From contig JAHQWK010000002.1 in NCBI GenBank assembly GCA_029856145.1, positions 160,001-224,000 of the forward strand: a stretch of 64,000 bases of DNA, given 5' to 3'. Origin of the DNA: Promethearchaeia archaeon. Its GTDB lineage: Archaea; Asgardarchaeota; Lokiarchaeia; Sigyniarchaeales; SOKP01. This document shows positions 18,785-28,091 of the stretch, in pieces. A program made the translations under genes and the position numbers. Numbering within the stretch: the first letter of the stretch is position 1; each line of letters starts with the position of its first letter. Under the pieces are notes generated by a model. The model searched no databases. It was not told where the DNA came from and saw only the letters and a list, made by a program, of their open reading frames with translations.

Positions 18785-19774
18785 TTACCAAATGACCTGT
18801 TCATAATTACAATTTTTACATTCAATAGTTTTCCTCCTTTGAGGAAAATATGGAAAAATCGCACCACAGTTTTTACATTCTAAATCATAGACATCGTCTT
18901 TAGATTTTACAATCCCATTTGAGATAAGATGGTTTTTGAAATCATTTGAAATTTGCGTTAAAAGTGAGATTAATAGATAATGATTTGGTGATGAAGCAAT
19001 TATTTCAATTTTATTTGATATAATTTGACCTATTACTAAAATATCTTCTTTAATCATGGATTCTGTTCCGTAATACCATAAGATTCTTTTTTTAAGGTCT
19101 TTAGCGACTAACTGAAAATTACTGATAAAGAAAAGTTGTTCTAAAATCTCAAAAAATATTTCAGGATCTATTTGACGTTTGATTCCTACACCCATACTTT
19201 TTATTACTTTTTTAATTCCTGGTTGTTGAGCAAACTCTCTAATGAAACTTGAAGGAACAACTTTAGGTTCGATGGTTATTCTATCAACGGTTATCTCTGC
19301 AGGTCTTGAGTCCAGTACTCTAATTGTATCTTTATTATTCACATAAGTCACAATTGTCCTTATTTCTCCTATATTATCTAGAGAATTTGGCGTAAAATGA
19401 AGATGAATCTGTTTATTGCTTTTTTCATTTAATTCATCGAATTCGAGATTTATTTGTTTTATATTTGTCTCAGTCTTTATATTTGGAATATTTATCGTAG
19501 GGGGAAAACACCTTGAAAATGTGAAAAATTCAGGAAATTTTATTTTAATTTTCATTTCAGTAATAGGTGCTGAACTTTGGTTATCGATGAGAATCGAGTA
19601 TTGAAAATGACTGCCGAATGGTCTATAATCAGTCGCTAGTTTGATTTTGTCTTCTTGTTCAACTTTTTCAAACGAGTATGTATCGATTTCCTTAGCTCGA
19701 GTATCATCCTTAGTTTTAAAAAAAACTAAATCATGTACCTTAAGAGGGTTTTTGTCATTCTCTTTTTTCGCCAT
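18785..19774 (-). CDS. hypothetical protein: Ig-like sandwich, alpha/beta platform and C-terminal zinc ribbon (adaptin-appendage-like)
   Basis: YSILIDNQSSAPITEMKIKI, EIRTIVTYVN, IEPKVVP; CKNC...CKNC. Confidence 0.55.
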   Translation of the reverse strand: MAKKENDKNPLKVHDLVFFKTKDDTRAKEIDTYSFEKVEQEDKIKLATDYRPFGSHFQYSILIDNQSSAPITEMKIKIKFPEFFTFSRCFPPTINIPNIKTETNIKQINLEFDELNEKSNKQIHLHFTPNSLDNIGEIRTIVTYVNNKDTIRVLDSRPAEITVDRITIEPKVVPSSFIREFAQQPGIKKVIKSMGVGIKRQIDPEIFFEILEQLFFISNFQLVAKDLKKRILWYYGTESMIKEDILVIGQIISNKIEIIASSPNHYLLISLLTQISNDFKNHLISNGIVKSKDDVYDLECKNCGAIFPYFPQRRKTIECKNCNYEQVIW

Positions 19775-19902
19775 TTTTTTTTACATAAATAACAATTTTT
19801 TAAAGTCTAATATGAATTTTCGGAACCTTGATAATTAATTAAATTGTAATCTGATTTATATTTTTTTATAACTTTTATTAATTAATTATACTTGAATGTA
19901 AT

Positions 19903-20577
19903 ATGTTTGAAGAATTAGACACTTTATGGAGTTCGCCAACAATTAAACCTTCTTTTGAGTTAGTCCATGTTATTTTAGCGCTTTTTATATTTGAAGAAAA
20001 AAAGGAAGGAATTGGGAGATATCGTTTACAAAAAGAACTATCAATTGGTTCTGGGACAGCAAAATCTCTTATCAAAAAATTGAATGAGGACTTGAATTTT
20101 ATAAAAGTTTTTACTGATGAAAATGTAATAAAAGGCCATATTCTCACGAAAATTGGCTTAGAATTTGTAAAAAAAATTAAGCAGAAATTTCCATTAATAG
20201 AGGCGGGAGACTCTTCGGTAATGAAAGATATTGTCATTAAGTCAGAAGGTAAGAATTCTTATTTTTGTTTCGTAAGAAATGCAATTGATAGAATAACAAA
20301 TGGCATTGAACAAAGAGATGCTGCTATTAAAATTGGAGGTGTTGGAGCAACATGCCTATTTTATAATGGTAAAGATTTAATTTTTCCATCTTACTCCCTT
20401 TCTGAAAACGATAAAGAACAAATAGTAGTTGAAGATAATGTTTTTGAGTATATTTACTCTGTTATCCAAAAAAAAGGATCTCAATTAAAAGAAAATGATG
20501 TTATCATTATAGGGCTAGGTGACAATCTAGAAAGCGCAAGATTAGCTGCTTTAAATGCTGCTTTAACATTAACATAG
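19903..20577 (+). CDS. winged-helix DUF4443-like conserved archaeal protein
   Basis: IGRYRLQKELSIGSGTAKSL (HTH) and GIEQRDAAIKIG. Confidence 0.75.
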   Translation: MFEELDTLWSSPTIKPSFELVHVILALFIFEEKKEGIGRYRLQKELSIGSGTAKSLIKKLNEDLNFIKVFTDENVIKGHILTKIGLEFVKKIKQKFPLIEAGDSSVMKDIVIKSEGKNSYFCFVRNAIDRITNGIEQRDAAIKIGGVGATCLFYNGKDLIFPSYSLSENDKEQIVVEDNVFEYIYSVIQKKGSQLKENDVIIIGLGDNLESARLAALNAALTLT

Positions 20578-20601
20578 TATAGGGGGTTAGATATCTCTTA
20601 A

Positions 20602-21093
20602 TTGAAGTATGAAAAAGATATTATTCTATTTATTGATAAAGAAATTATTAAACACATGATACAATGTATTGAGAAAGCTTCTCCTAATGAAGCTTGTGGC
20701 TTAATTTTTGGTAAAATAAAAGAACAAAAAAAACCTAATAGTGAAAAAGATTATTCTTATTACTACAATGCCTATAAGTTTGAGTGTATTGAATCTTCAC
20801 ACAAAAGTCCAGTTGCTTTCTTAATGGATGATTATGAGAAATTAATAAACCTCTCTAGTTCATATTCTAAAGATTTTAATTATCAATTACTCAGTATATT
20901 TCATTCTCATCCAGGAAGTGCTTATCCAAGTGGCGTAGATCTCCCCTACATAGAAAGTTATTATAAAAGTAATATAACTAAATTTAAGCATTTAATTTGG
21001 ACAATTATGAGTGCTGAAAGTAAAGAACTGAATGGATTTATCTATATTTTTAATGGACTTAAACAAATTTTAGTCCAAATTAGAAAGAAGTAA
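20602..21093 (+). CDS. JAMM/MPN+ metalloprotease (desampylase/deubiquitinase-like)
   Basis: EACG and FHSHPGSAYPSGVD (HxHx7SxxD). Confidence 0.9.
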   Translation: MKYEKDIILFIDKEIIKHMIQCIEKASPNEACGLIFGKIKEQKKPNSEKDYSYYYNAYKFECIESSHKSPVAFLMDDYEKLINLSSSYSKDFNYQLLSIFHSHPGSAYPSGVDLPYIESYYKSNITKFKHLIWTIMSAESKELNGFIYIFNGLKQILVQIRKK

Positions 21094-21113
21094 TTTAACG
21101 CAATGAAAAGTTA

Positions 21114-21752
21114 TTAAACTTGTTTGAAACCGTTTTTATCAATGGAACAAATTTGAAGCTCAAACCCAGAACCGGCATCCCTCTCACGAGAGGCACTTAT
21201 TGCTGTTTTTATAAGTTCAATACCCTTAGCTTTAGTCAGGTTTGCTTTCCAATCTGATTCTAAAACACCCAGAGAGAACGGTGAACCTGAACCAAAGGAT
21301 AGATATTCGTTTTCTTCATATAATGTGCCCAAAAGGTCAATTCCGTAAAGTTTCCCAGATTTTTCACCCAATGAATAACCACCTACAATCATCAATGCAA
21401 GAAAATAAGTACGCCCACTGAATAATATATTCCGACAAGTGCTAGCCACATACTTTGGGTCGGGAACTATTCCCTCTTCAACTTCCTTTAATCGCGATAA
21501 AGCTTTTAATTGGTTAACAACATACTGACAATCTGCTACACCACCGGCAATTGTGGCAGCAGTATATTTATTTATTTCAAATAATTTTTGGGCTTGTTTG
21601 GAGATCACGACTGTTCCGCCAATCGCTTGTGATTCTGTGCCAATCACTACTCCGTCTTTTATAATTATTCCTACTGTCGTAGTGCCTGTTTGAAGTATTT
21701 TTTCAATTTGTTTTTGATCCAATTGCCTAAGATTATTGTTATTTTCCATCAT
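21114..21752 (-). CDS. psmB: proteasome subunit beta
   Basis: Propeptide then TG/TTTVGI; GSGS; SRERDAGSG. Confidence 0.93.
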   Translation of the reverse strand: MMENNNNLRQLDQKQIEKILQTGTTTVGIIIKDGVVIGTESQAIGGTVVISKQAQKLFEINKYTAATIAGGVADCQYVVNQLKALSRLKEVEEGIVPDPKYVASTCRNILFSGRTYFLALMIVGGYSLGEKSGKLYGIDLLGTLYEENEYLSFGSGSPFSLGVLESDWKANLTKAKGIELIKTAISASRERDAGSGFELQICSIDKNGFKQV

Positions 21753-21932
21753 TTTGCGGTAAAGTAGAATCTTTTATCAATTATAGCTAAGTTAATGTTA
21801 TATAGTAAATAAAAATTTTGTCTATATTTATTTTGCTTTAATAAATCATAATTAAGTGGAATTTTAAAAAAATTTTAAAGAAATACTTCCTTATCTTATC
21901 TATTAAATTGGATTAAATTTGGTAAATGCTTT

Positions 21933-22310
21933 ATGGCACGTAGTCAAAGGAGAAGCAAAAGGAAATACACCGGAAAAAAGTATAAACACTTCAGAAAGAA
22001 GCGAAAAAGAGAACTTGAAGGTCCTCGAATTGATACAGCAATAGCTACAGAAAAGAAGAAAAAACAACGAGCAATGGGAGGTAATTTTAAACTTAAATTA
22101 TTCGCTACGCAATTCATTAACGTTACCGATCCAGGCACCAATAAAACTCAAAAAGTTAGAATATTAGGTTTTGAAGAGAATATTGCTTCAAAAGATTTGA
22201 ATCGACGGCATGTTCTAACAAAAGGAGCTGTTGTTGAAACAGAACTGGGAAATGTGAGAATTTCCAGCCGTCCTGGTCAACATGGAGTTCTTAATGGAGT
22301 TTTAGTTTAA
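21933..22310 (+). CDS. rps8e: 30S ribosomal protein S8e
   Basis: RKYTG..RKKRKRE, MGGN.K, TKGAVVET, SRPGQHGVLNGVL. Confidence 0.96.
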   Translation: MARSQRRSKRKYTGKKYKHFRKKRKRELEGPRIDTAIATEKKKKQRAMGGNFKLKLFATQFINVTDPGTNKTQKVRILGFEENIASKDLNRRHVLTKGAVVETELGNVRISSRPGQHGVLNGVLV

Positions 22311-22318
22311 ATTTAACC

Positions 22319-22690
22319 TTATTCTTGAATTTTAATATTTTTTACATTAGCTTTTTTACCTTCAATTATTTCAGTATTATTACTTCCACAATTAGAGCAT
22401 TTAAATAATTGAAGTCCTGTAAGTTGTGATTCTCGAGTTAAAGAAACTTCTGAGATTTTATTGCATTCTCGACATTTAATTTTACCGGGAGTAATTTTAA
22501 TATTCAATTTGGCACCTTCTGCTATTGACCCCTTAGTGGCCATCTCAAAAGAACGTTGAAGAAGTTCAGGAACAATAAGAGTTAATTCTCCAATTTCTAG
22601 TATTACCTCAGTAATTTTTTTAGCATTATATTTGAGTGCTGTAGCTTCAGCTACTTTAAAAATATTATAAGCAAAAGCAAATTCGTGCAT
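22319..22690 (-). CDS. hypA: hydrogenase maturation nickel metallochaperone HypA
   Basis: MHE N-terminus, EIGELT, CREC...CSNC. Confidence 0.93.
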   Translation of the reverse strand: MHEFAFAYNIFKVAEATALKYNAKKITEVILEIGELTLIVPELLQRSFEMATKGSIAEGAKLNIKITPGKIKCRECNKISEVSLTRESQLTGLQLFKCSNCGSNNTEIIEGKKANVKNIKIQE

Positions 22691-22700
22691 AATAGGAAAT

Positions 22701-22997
22701 CTAGGTTTTTGATTGTAATTTTCTTATTTCTTTAGCAATTTCAAGCATTACCTTACTTTTTTTCTTCCCTTTCGCGTTTATTATAACTCTTCCAGGTTCT
22801 TCCCACCATGATTTGGGGTATTTATAACTTCTTTCAATTTCAGCATGATAACCTAAATTTGTGGCAGCTTTTACTATCTCTTCTAGATTAACTTTATCTA
22901 TAGTGAATTTCCTTGGAAGTCGTCTACCATTACTCCGACTTCTTTTTGCATCAAAATATTGTGGCCAAAAAATTAAAAAAGGTTTTCTAGTCCTCAT
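22701..22997 (-). CDS. srp19: signal recognition particle 19 kDa protein
   Basis: IFWPQYFD..RSRSNGRRLP, YPKSWWEEPGRV; start moved to ATG 22997. Confidence 0.92.
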   Translation of the reverse strand: MRTRKPFLIFWPQYFDAKRSRSNGRRLPRKFTIDKVNLEEIVKAATNLGYHAEIERSYKYPKSWWEEPGRVIINAKGKKKSKVMLEIAKEIRKLQSKT

Positions 22998-23207
22998 TAA
23001 GTCGTTAAATAAATAAGTTTTTGATGAGAATAATAAGAAGTAAAACTTTTTAAGTAATTTAAAAATTATTGGTTTAAGATTTAAGATTAAGTACAAAAAA
23101 GATTTAATTACCAGTTTTCACTATTCTTTACATACTATATTAAACATGTCTCTTTATTAAAAGAGATAATTTATGAAATCATTAAATAGAAACACCCGTT
23201 TAGTAAA

Positions 23208-23312
23208 GGGAGGGTGGTCTAGATTGGTATGATACTCGGCTGGGGGCCGAGTGGCCGGGGAAAGACCAAACGTTTCGGTGGTCTTCCGGAAGTTCAAATC
23301 CCCCCTCTCCCA
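23208..23312 (+). tRNA. tRNA-Pro(GGG) with a 31-nt BHB intron (23261-23291) in the T stem, position 52/53
   Basis: Acceptor GGGAGGG/CTCTCCC; anticodon arm CTCGG-CTGGGGG-CCGAG; spliced T arm GGGGG-TTCAAAT-CCCCC; BHB with CCGG/CCGG helix, bulges GGA and AAG, inner stem AAGACCA/TGGTCTT; CCA not encoded. Confidence 0.93.
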
Positions 23313-23407
23313 TTTATTAATCTACAGTTTTTTATTTTGTTAAAATTTATAAGTGGATCTAATCTATTTTTTGATAAAAAATAAAAATAAAAAAAGTTGA
23401 GTTAAAA

Positions 23408-23710
23408 GTGCCATGGAGTAAGTTGCAAGAATCTGATATGTTTATGCGTGTTGTGGCAATTGGTGGAGGAATTATTGCCCTAATAGAATCGTTATTGCAT
23501 TTGATAGGAATTCTCGAATTTTGGAGTTTTGGATGGATTATTGAGGTAATTGCTATTGGCCTCGCAATACTTCCTATTTTATTAGGATTAAAGCCAATTC
23601 ATTATACCCCTACATTCTTAGGCGTTTTTGGTATTCTTTTGATAATATTTTCAGTTTTCATTGGGGGACTAATCGTGTTTCTCGCAGCAATTATTGGAGC
23701 TATTACTTAA
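23408..23710 (+). CDS. small multi-pass membrane protein
   Basis: 100-aa hydrophobic ORF, GTG start. Confidence 0.65.
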   Translation: MPWSKLQESDMFMRVVAIGGGIIALIESLLHLIGILEFWSFGWIIEVIAIGLAILPILLGLKPIHYTPTFLGVFGILLIIFSVFIGGLIVFLAAIIGAIT

Positions 23711-23891
23711 TCCTATAAATATTTTTTTTTTATTTATTTTAAGAATCTTTACCTAATTTTTAAAAATTTTCAAATTAACCACTTTGAATTTATATAAATG
23801 CTTCGGATGAAGAATATGATTTTTCAACTTTAATTAAGAGTTTTGAAAATATTCTCTGATGGCATTAATATTCAAAAATGAAAAAATTGAA

Positions 23892-24755
23892 CTATTTACT
23901 TAGCGCAAGTGCTAAAACTAAAGCACCATAGAATTCAGAATGATCTCCGACTCTAGAAGTATCAATAATAGTTTTATCAATACCCATATAAATGGCTCCG
24001 TATGCCTTACCTCCACCTAAATGAACTAATGTACGATATATTAAATTTCCCGAAATCCCATCAGGTGCGATAATTAGATTCGATTTATTTTCAACAGCAT
24101 TTTCTATTAATATTTCATCATGAGTAATCCTTAAATTTGGGTATTTTTTCTTCATTACTTTAACAATTTTATCTGCATCTTGTATTGTTTGGTTAACTTT
24201 GTCTTCTCTTCCGATATCACCTAATCTTCCTCCACTTAAAATACTTATTTTAGGAACAATCTCGATTTCCTGCAATTCTTTAAGCGCTGATTCTATAAAG
24301 ATAATTTTGTTTTCTATGTTATTACATTCATCAATACCAACCGGACCATAGAAGAATTGATGCTCTTTAAAAGTTTCCAATATTGCTAGTCTATTAAATT
24401 CTTGACCATTAAGATTTTGTTTAAGATTTTTTAGAAATTTACTTGAGCTTAGTGATCCTCTAATAATAGCTTGAATGGAATTGCTCATTAAAAAATCAAT
24501 AATAGATTTTTCAGGATCTTGACATTCAACAAACTTTAATTGTGAATTTATTTTATTTTGTGGAGTATGTGGAAGAGATCTATTTAAATAATCCTTTTTT
24601 CCGAAAAAAGAAATGGTAGATTTAAAATTTTTTAAAAAATTTAAACTTGCTGTTAAGATTTTCTGATTGTGGTATTTAGAATCTCCTAATCCTATTCCAA
24701 TATTTATAGATTTTTTCTCTTTAGCCACTAATTCATATTTTTGTAATAAATTCAT
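23892..24755 (-). CDS. mtxX: MtxX / methanogenesis marker 4 family protein (phosphate acyltransferase-like fold)
   Basis: IIRGSL, GPVGIDE, LSGGRLGDIGR, APDGISGNLIYRTL, DTSR. Confidence 0.85.
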   Translation of the reverse strand: MNLLQKYELVAKEKKSINIGIGLGDSKYHNQKILTASLNFLKNFKSTISFFGKKDYLNRSLPHTPQNKINSQLKFVECQDPEKSIIDFLMSNSIQAIIRGSLSSSKFLKNLKQNLNGQEFNRLAILETFKEHQFFYGPVGIDECNNIENKIIFIESALKELQEIEIVPKISILSGGRLGDIGREDKVNQTIQDADKIVKVMKKKYPNLRITHDEILIENAVENKSNLIIAPDGISGNLIYRTLVHLGGGKAYGAIYMGIDKTIIDTSRVGDHSEFYGALVLALALSK

Positions 24756-24773
24756 AATCAATGGTTTTGTGTT

Positions 24774-25910
24774 TTAGAAAGCATAATAAAAAATATATAC
24801 TACTATTATTGTTAATGCATCATAAACCCCATGAGTTAAAATTACTGCTATTAAATTCTCATTTCTCCAATAATAAATTAATCCTAAAAATAATGATATT
24901 ATAAAGTAAGGAATAAATGATAGAACAAATGAAATAAGCAAGAGTATTGGTGTATCTAAAAACAAAATAACTATTCCCAATACATGAATCATTGCGAAAA
25001 CGAATGCTGTTATCAATATTCCTCCCATATTTCCTAAATTCCGCGTTAATCCTTTTTGCATAAATCCTCTAAATAATATTTCTTCAGAAGTTCCTATAAT
25101 TAATATCATTATTAAAGATAAGAGAATTAAGCTGAGAATATCTCCTTCTGAGATGATTATTTCAACATCACTGGTAGTACTACTGAGATCCCTTATAATC
25201 TCAACTCCAAAAAAAAACTCCAATGTTATCTCAGTTAAAAATGAAACCATATAAACTAATAATACTCCTGCCACAGCAAATCCCAATCCTATTAAAATTT
25301 CTTTAAATAATCCTTTTCTAGTTAATCCTTTTAGAGTAAATCCTAATAATCCTAATCTATTTTTCAAAGAAGGATTTTTGAGATATTTCCCTACATATAA
25401 TACAGGAACTAGTACAAAAATCAATTCGAAGAAAGAACTAAATATTATGAAATACGGATTTGCTATAAAATCAAATAAAGACTCTAAATTGAAAGAAAAA
25501 AAAATCATTATAGCAACGAGCCCAGCAATAATAAAATCCATTAGAAGAAAAGCCCCCAGGGATACTCCAATAGACGGCATTGTCCCCCATAATTCAAGAT
25601 TTTTTGTATTAATTATATCATCATCAGAAATTTTTTTCGACTTATAAGAAACTGAAGGTACGTAAGGTTGGGGATATTTTTTTGGCAGAATATAAGGATT
25701 TATCGATTTCGTTGGTTTTAATTGTTTATATTCTTTGAGATAATTAAGATCCGTCCCACAATTAATGCAAAATTTAAGTTTCTGAATTTTTGGAATTTTA
25801 TTACCACAAACAGGACAAAAAGCCCAAAATTTATCATTTAACTCTTTTCTATTATTAGAATTGGAGAATTTTTGCTCATTGTTAGGATCTTGAATTTCTT
25901 TATCAGTCAT
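24774..25910 (-). CDS. CPBP (Rce1/CAAX-like) intramembrane protease with N-terminal zinc ribbon
   Basis: CPVC...CINC; EEILFRG, FAMIH, HGVYD. Confidence 0.88.
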   Translation of the reverse strand: MTDKEIQDPNNEQKFSNSNNRKELNDKFWAFCPVCGNKIPKIQKLKFCINCGTDLNYLKEYKQLKPTKSINPYILPKKYPQPYVPSVSYKSKKISDDDIINTKNLELWGTMPSIGVSLGAFLLMDFIIAGLVAIMIFFSFNLESLFDFIANPYFIIFSSFFELIFVLVPVLYVGKYLKNPSLKNRLGLLGFTLKGLTRKGLFKEILIGLGFAVAGVLLVYMVSFLTEITLEFFFGVEIIRDLSSTTSDVEIIISEGDILSLILLSLIMILIIGTSEEILFRGFMQKGLTRNLGNMGGILITAFVFAMIHVLGIVILFLDTPILLLISFVLSFIPYFIISLFLGLIYYWRNENLIAVILTHGVYDALTIIVVYIFYYAF

Positions 25911-25995
25911 TATCAATTTACAGAAAGATATTTAATTACTAAAAGCTTTACATTTCAAATTAAAAATTACTAAAAGAAGTCTTCAAAATTGACTT

Positions 25996-27909
25996 TTAAA
26001 TTCCAATTCTCATAAATTTAAAAATCCTATTAATTTCAATGTCACTTTGAAAAATTCCTGAATTTAATACTGGATGATGGCTGTATTTAGCAAGTTCTTC
26101 ATCCCTTTCAACTTCTAATTCAAGTTTTATTGAGGGCATCCAAAATGTTTTATTACTATGTTGGTATTCAACCATTACCATATAAAGAAAGTTCCCTATT
26201 TTTTTCGGAATAATTTTAGTTTTGATTTTTGTTATTTCATTAGCTTTTAACCGTTTAATGCTTGTATACTCTAACTTAGATTCAAATGAATCAGACATAA
26301 AAAAGTAAATCTTTATATCCTTAATTTCACTAAAGTTAGGATTCTCAATGGAAACTGTTATGATTTCTGATTGATCTAACTTTAATTTTTTATTTTGTAC
26401 TTTGAGATCTATAAAAAGAGGGTATGCTACAACTTTTTCTTCTAAATTAAAACTTAAATTAATAAGTTTTTTAAGATTGGGTTTTAACTTTAAACTAAAT
26501 TGATTTTTTTGTTCTTCTAAAGAAAGAACTTGTTTACTTCTCGATTCTTCAAACTGTTGAAACATGTGATTAATATACTTTAAGATATATTTATCAAATT
26601 CTGAGTGTTTGTTTGATATTAACGAAATTAATTTCTTGTAATATTCTGCTTCAAGATCTCGAAGCAAAGGTTTCTCGAAAATATCCTTGATAAAATTTTT
26701 TAAGAGCTCATCTAATTGGATTAAACCATTATATTCAATTTCAAATTTCTCAATTTTCTTTCCATTCAACTTATTATCTTGCAAAATATCACTTATTGAA
26801 TTCAATACTTCAACAGATTCAGAGTTATAGGCATCAAGAGCCTTTAATATCATTTTTTCTAAGAGATTATTGAATTTTTGAACATTTTTATTTTTGTACC
26901 TGATGAATTCTGTACGGTAAGATTCTAAATATTTAACTAATTTTCCAGAATGCAGTTTTAAAAGGCTTCTTTGATATCTTTGATATCTTTCAGAAACATT
27001 TTTAATCCAATTTCGAACACTATTTAGTTTCTCCATATTTTCTTCAGTATTAAATATAAGATTCTCTTCCAAATTATCTGTAGATAACAATGGGCAATCA
27101 ATTTTTACTTTCTCTAATACTACACATGTATCGCGCTCTAACTGATATATGTTTTCAATTTGATTATATAAATTAAATTTCTGAAAATCATCTGCTTTGA
27201 TTTTAATTAGCTTATCAAGTAAATCTTCTAATTTATCGGAATAAAATTTCGGATTCTTGTTTAAGATTCTTCTTAATATTGAGGCAAATTCAGAAAGAAT
27301 AACATACATATCTTTTTTCTTATAAATATTGGAACTTGTATTTTCCAATTTAATGATATTACAAAAATCCACGATATTTTGATAGTTTTTCTCGGCAAGT
27401 TGATAGTATTTCGCACAATTCTCAAGATATAATGAGTTTTTTGCCAAATAACTATAATATAATCCTAGTAATGATTTATTGATAATAAAGGAATAATCTC
27501 TGAACTCTTCATATTTCTTTCTATTTTCATCATTTTTTATATGGGGTAATATGAATTCCTCAATAATTATCTCAAAATTACCCGCAGAACGAATTGTATA
27601 GAATAATTTTAATGGATCAACATTTATATTATCTAATTTAGTAATTATTAAATGCCTATATTCATTAAAATCAGATTTAAGATTATAGAAAAAGGTTTCA
27701 ATTAGAGATTTTCTTCTCTCGAGTTCTGAATCTTTAACTATTTTTACAGTTTTAGATAATTTAAGATTTAATATTTCTGCTAAATAATATTTAAAAGAAT
27801 AGATTGATTCCATATATAAAGTTTTTGCCTCACAATAAGGACACTGGGCAACAGATCCTTTTAAAATCGCTAAACTAGACCCACATTTCTTGCAAGGCAA
27901 ATACCGCAT
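25996..27909 (-). CDS. hypothetical protein: zinc ribbon, helical region, C-terminal Ig-like domain
   Basis: CKKC...CPYC; helical core; ITVSIENP..EIKDIKIYF..VMVEY. Confidence 0.6.
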   Translation of the reverse strand: MRYLPCKKCGSSLAILKGSVAQCPYCEAKTLYMESIYSFKYYLAEILNLKLSKTVKIVKDSELERRKSLIETFFYNLKSDFNEYRHLIITKLDNINVDPLKLFYTIRSAGNFEIIIEEFILPHIKNDENRKKYEEFRDYSFIINKSLLGLYYSYLAKNSLYLENCAKYYQLAEKNYQNIVDFCNIIKLENTSSNIYKKKDMYVILSEFASILRRILNKNPKFYSDKLEDLLDKLIKIKADDFQKFNLYNQIENIYQLERDTCVVLEKVKIDCPLLSTDNLEENLIFNTEENMEKLNSVRNWIKNVSERYQRYQRSLLKLHSGKLVKYLESYRTEFIRYKNKNVQKFNNLLEKMILKALDAYNSESVEVLNSISDILQDNKLNGKKIEKFEIEYNGLIQLDELLKNFIKDIFEKPLLRDLEAEYYKKLISLISNKHSEFDKYILKYINHMFQQFEESRSKQVLSLEEQKNQFSLKLKPNLKKLINLSFNLEEKVVAYPLFIDLKVQNKKLKLDQSEIITVSIENPNFSEIKDIKIYFFMSDSFESKLEYTSIKRLKANEITKIKTKIIPKKIGNFLYMVMVEYQHSNKTFWMPSIKLELEVERDEELAKYSHHPVLNSGIFQSDIEINRIFKFMRIGI

Positions 27910-28091
27910 GAAAACTATTGTTCAAACTTAAATTAATTTATAATTATTCTTACAGAGTTATAAATTGCTAATTATTTATTAAAATTTTATCCTCAAAGTC
28001 TAGATTATCACAATATCTTGATGTGTTTTTTTACAAATTTGATCAAATAATTCAATAAAAATAGGTTCTAGTTTCTTATAAAAATAAATAA

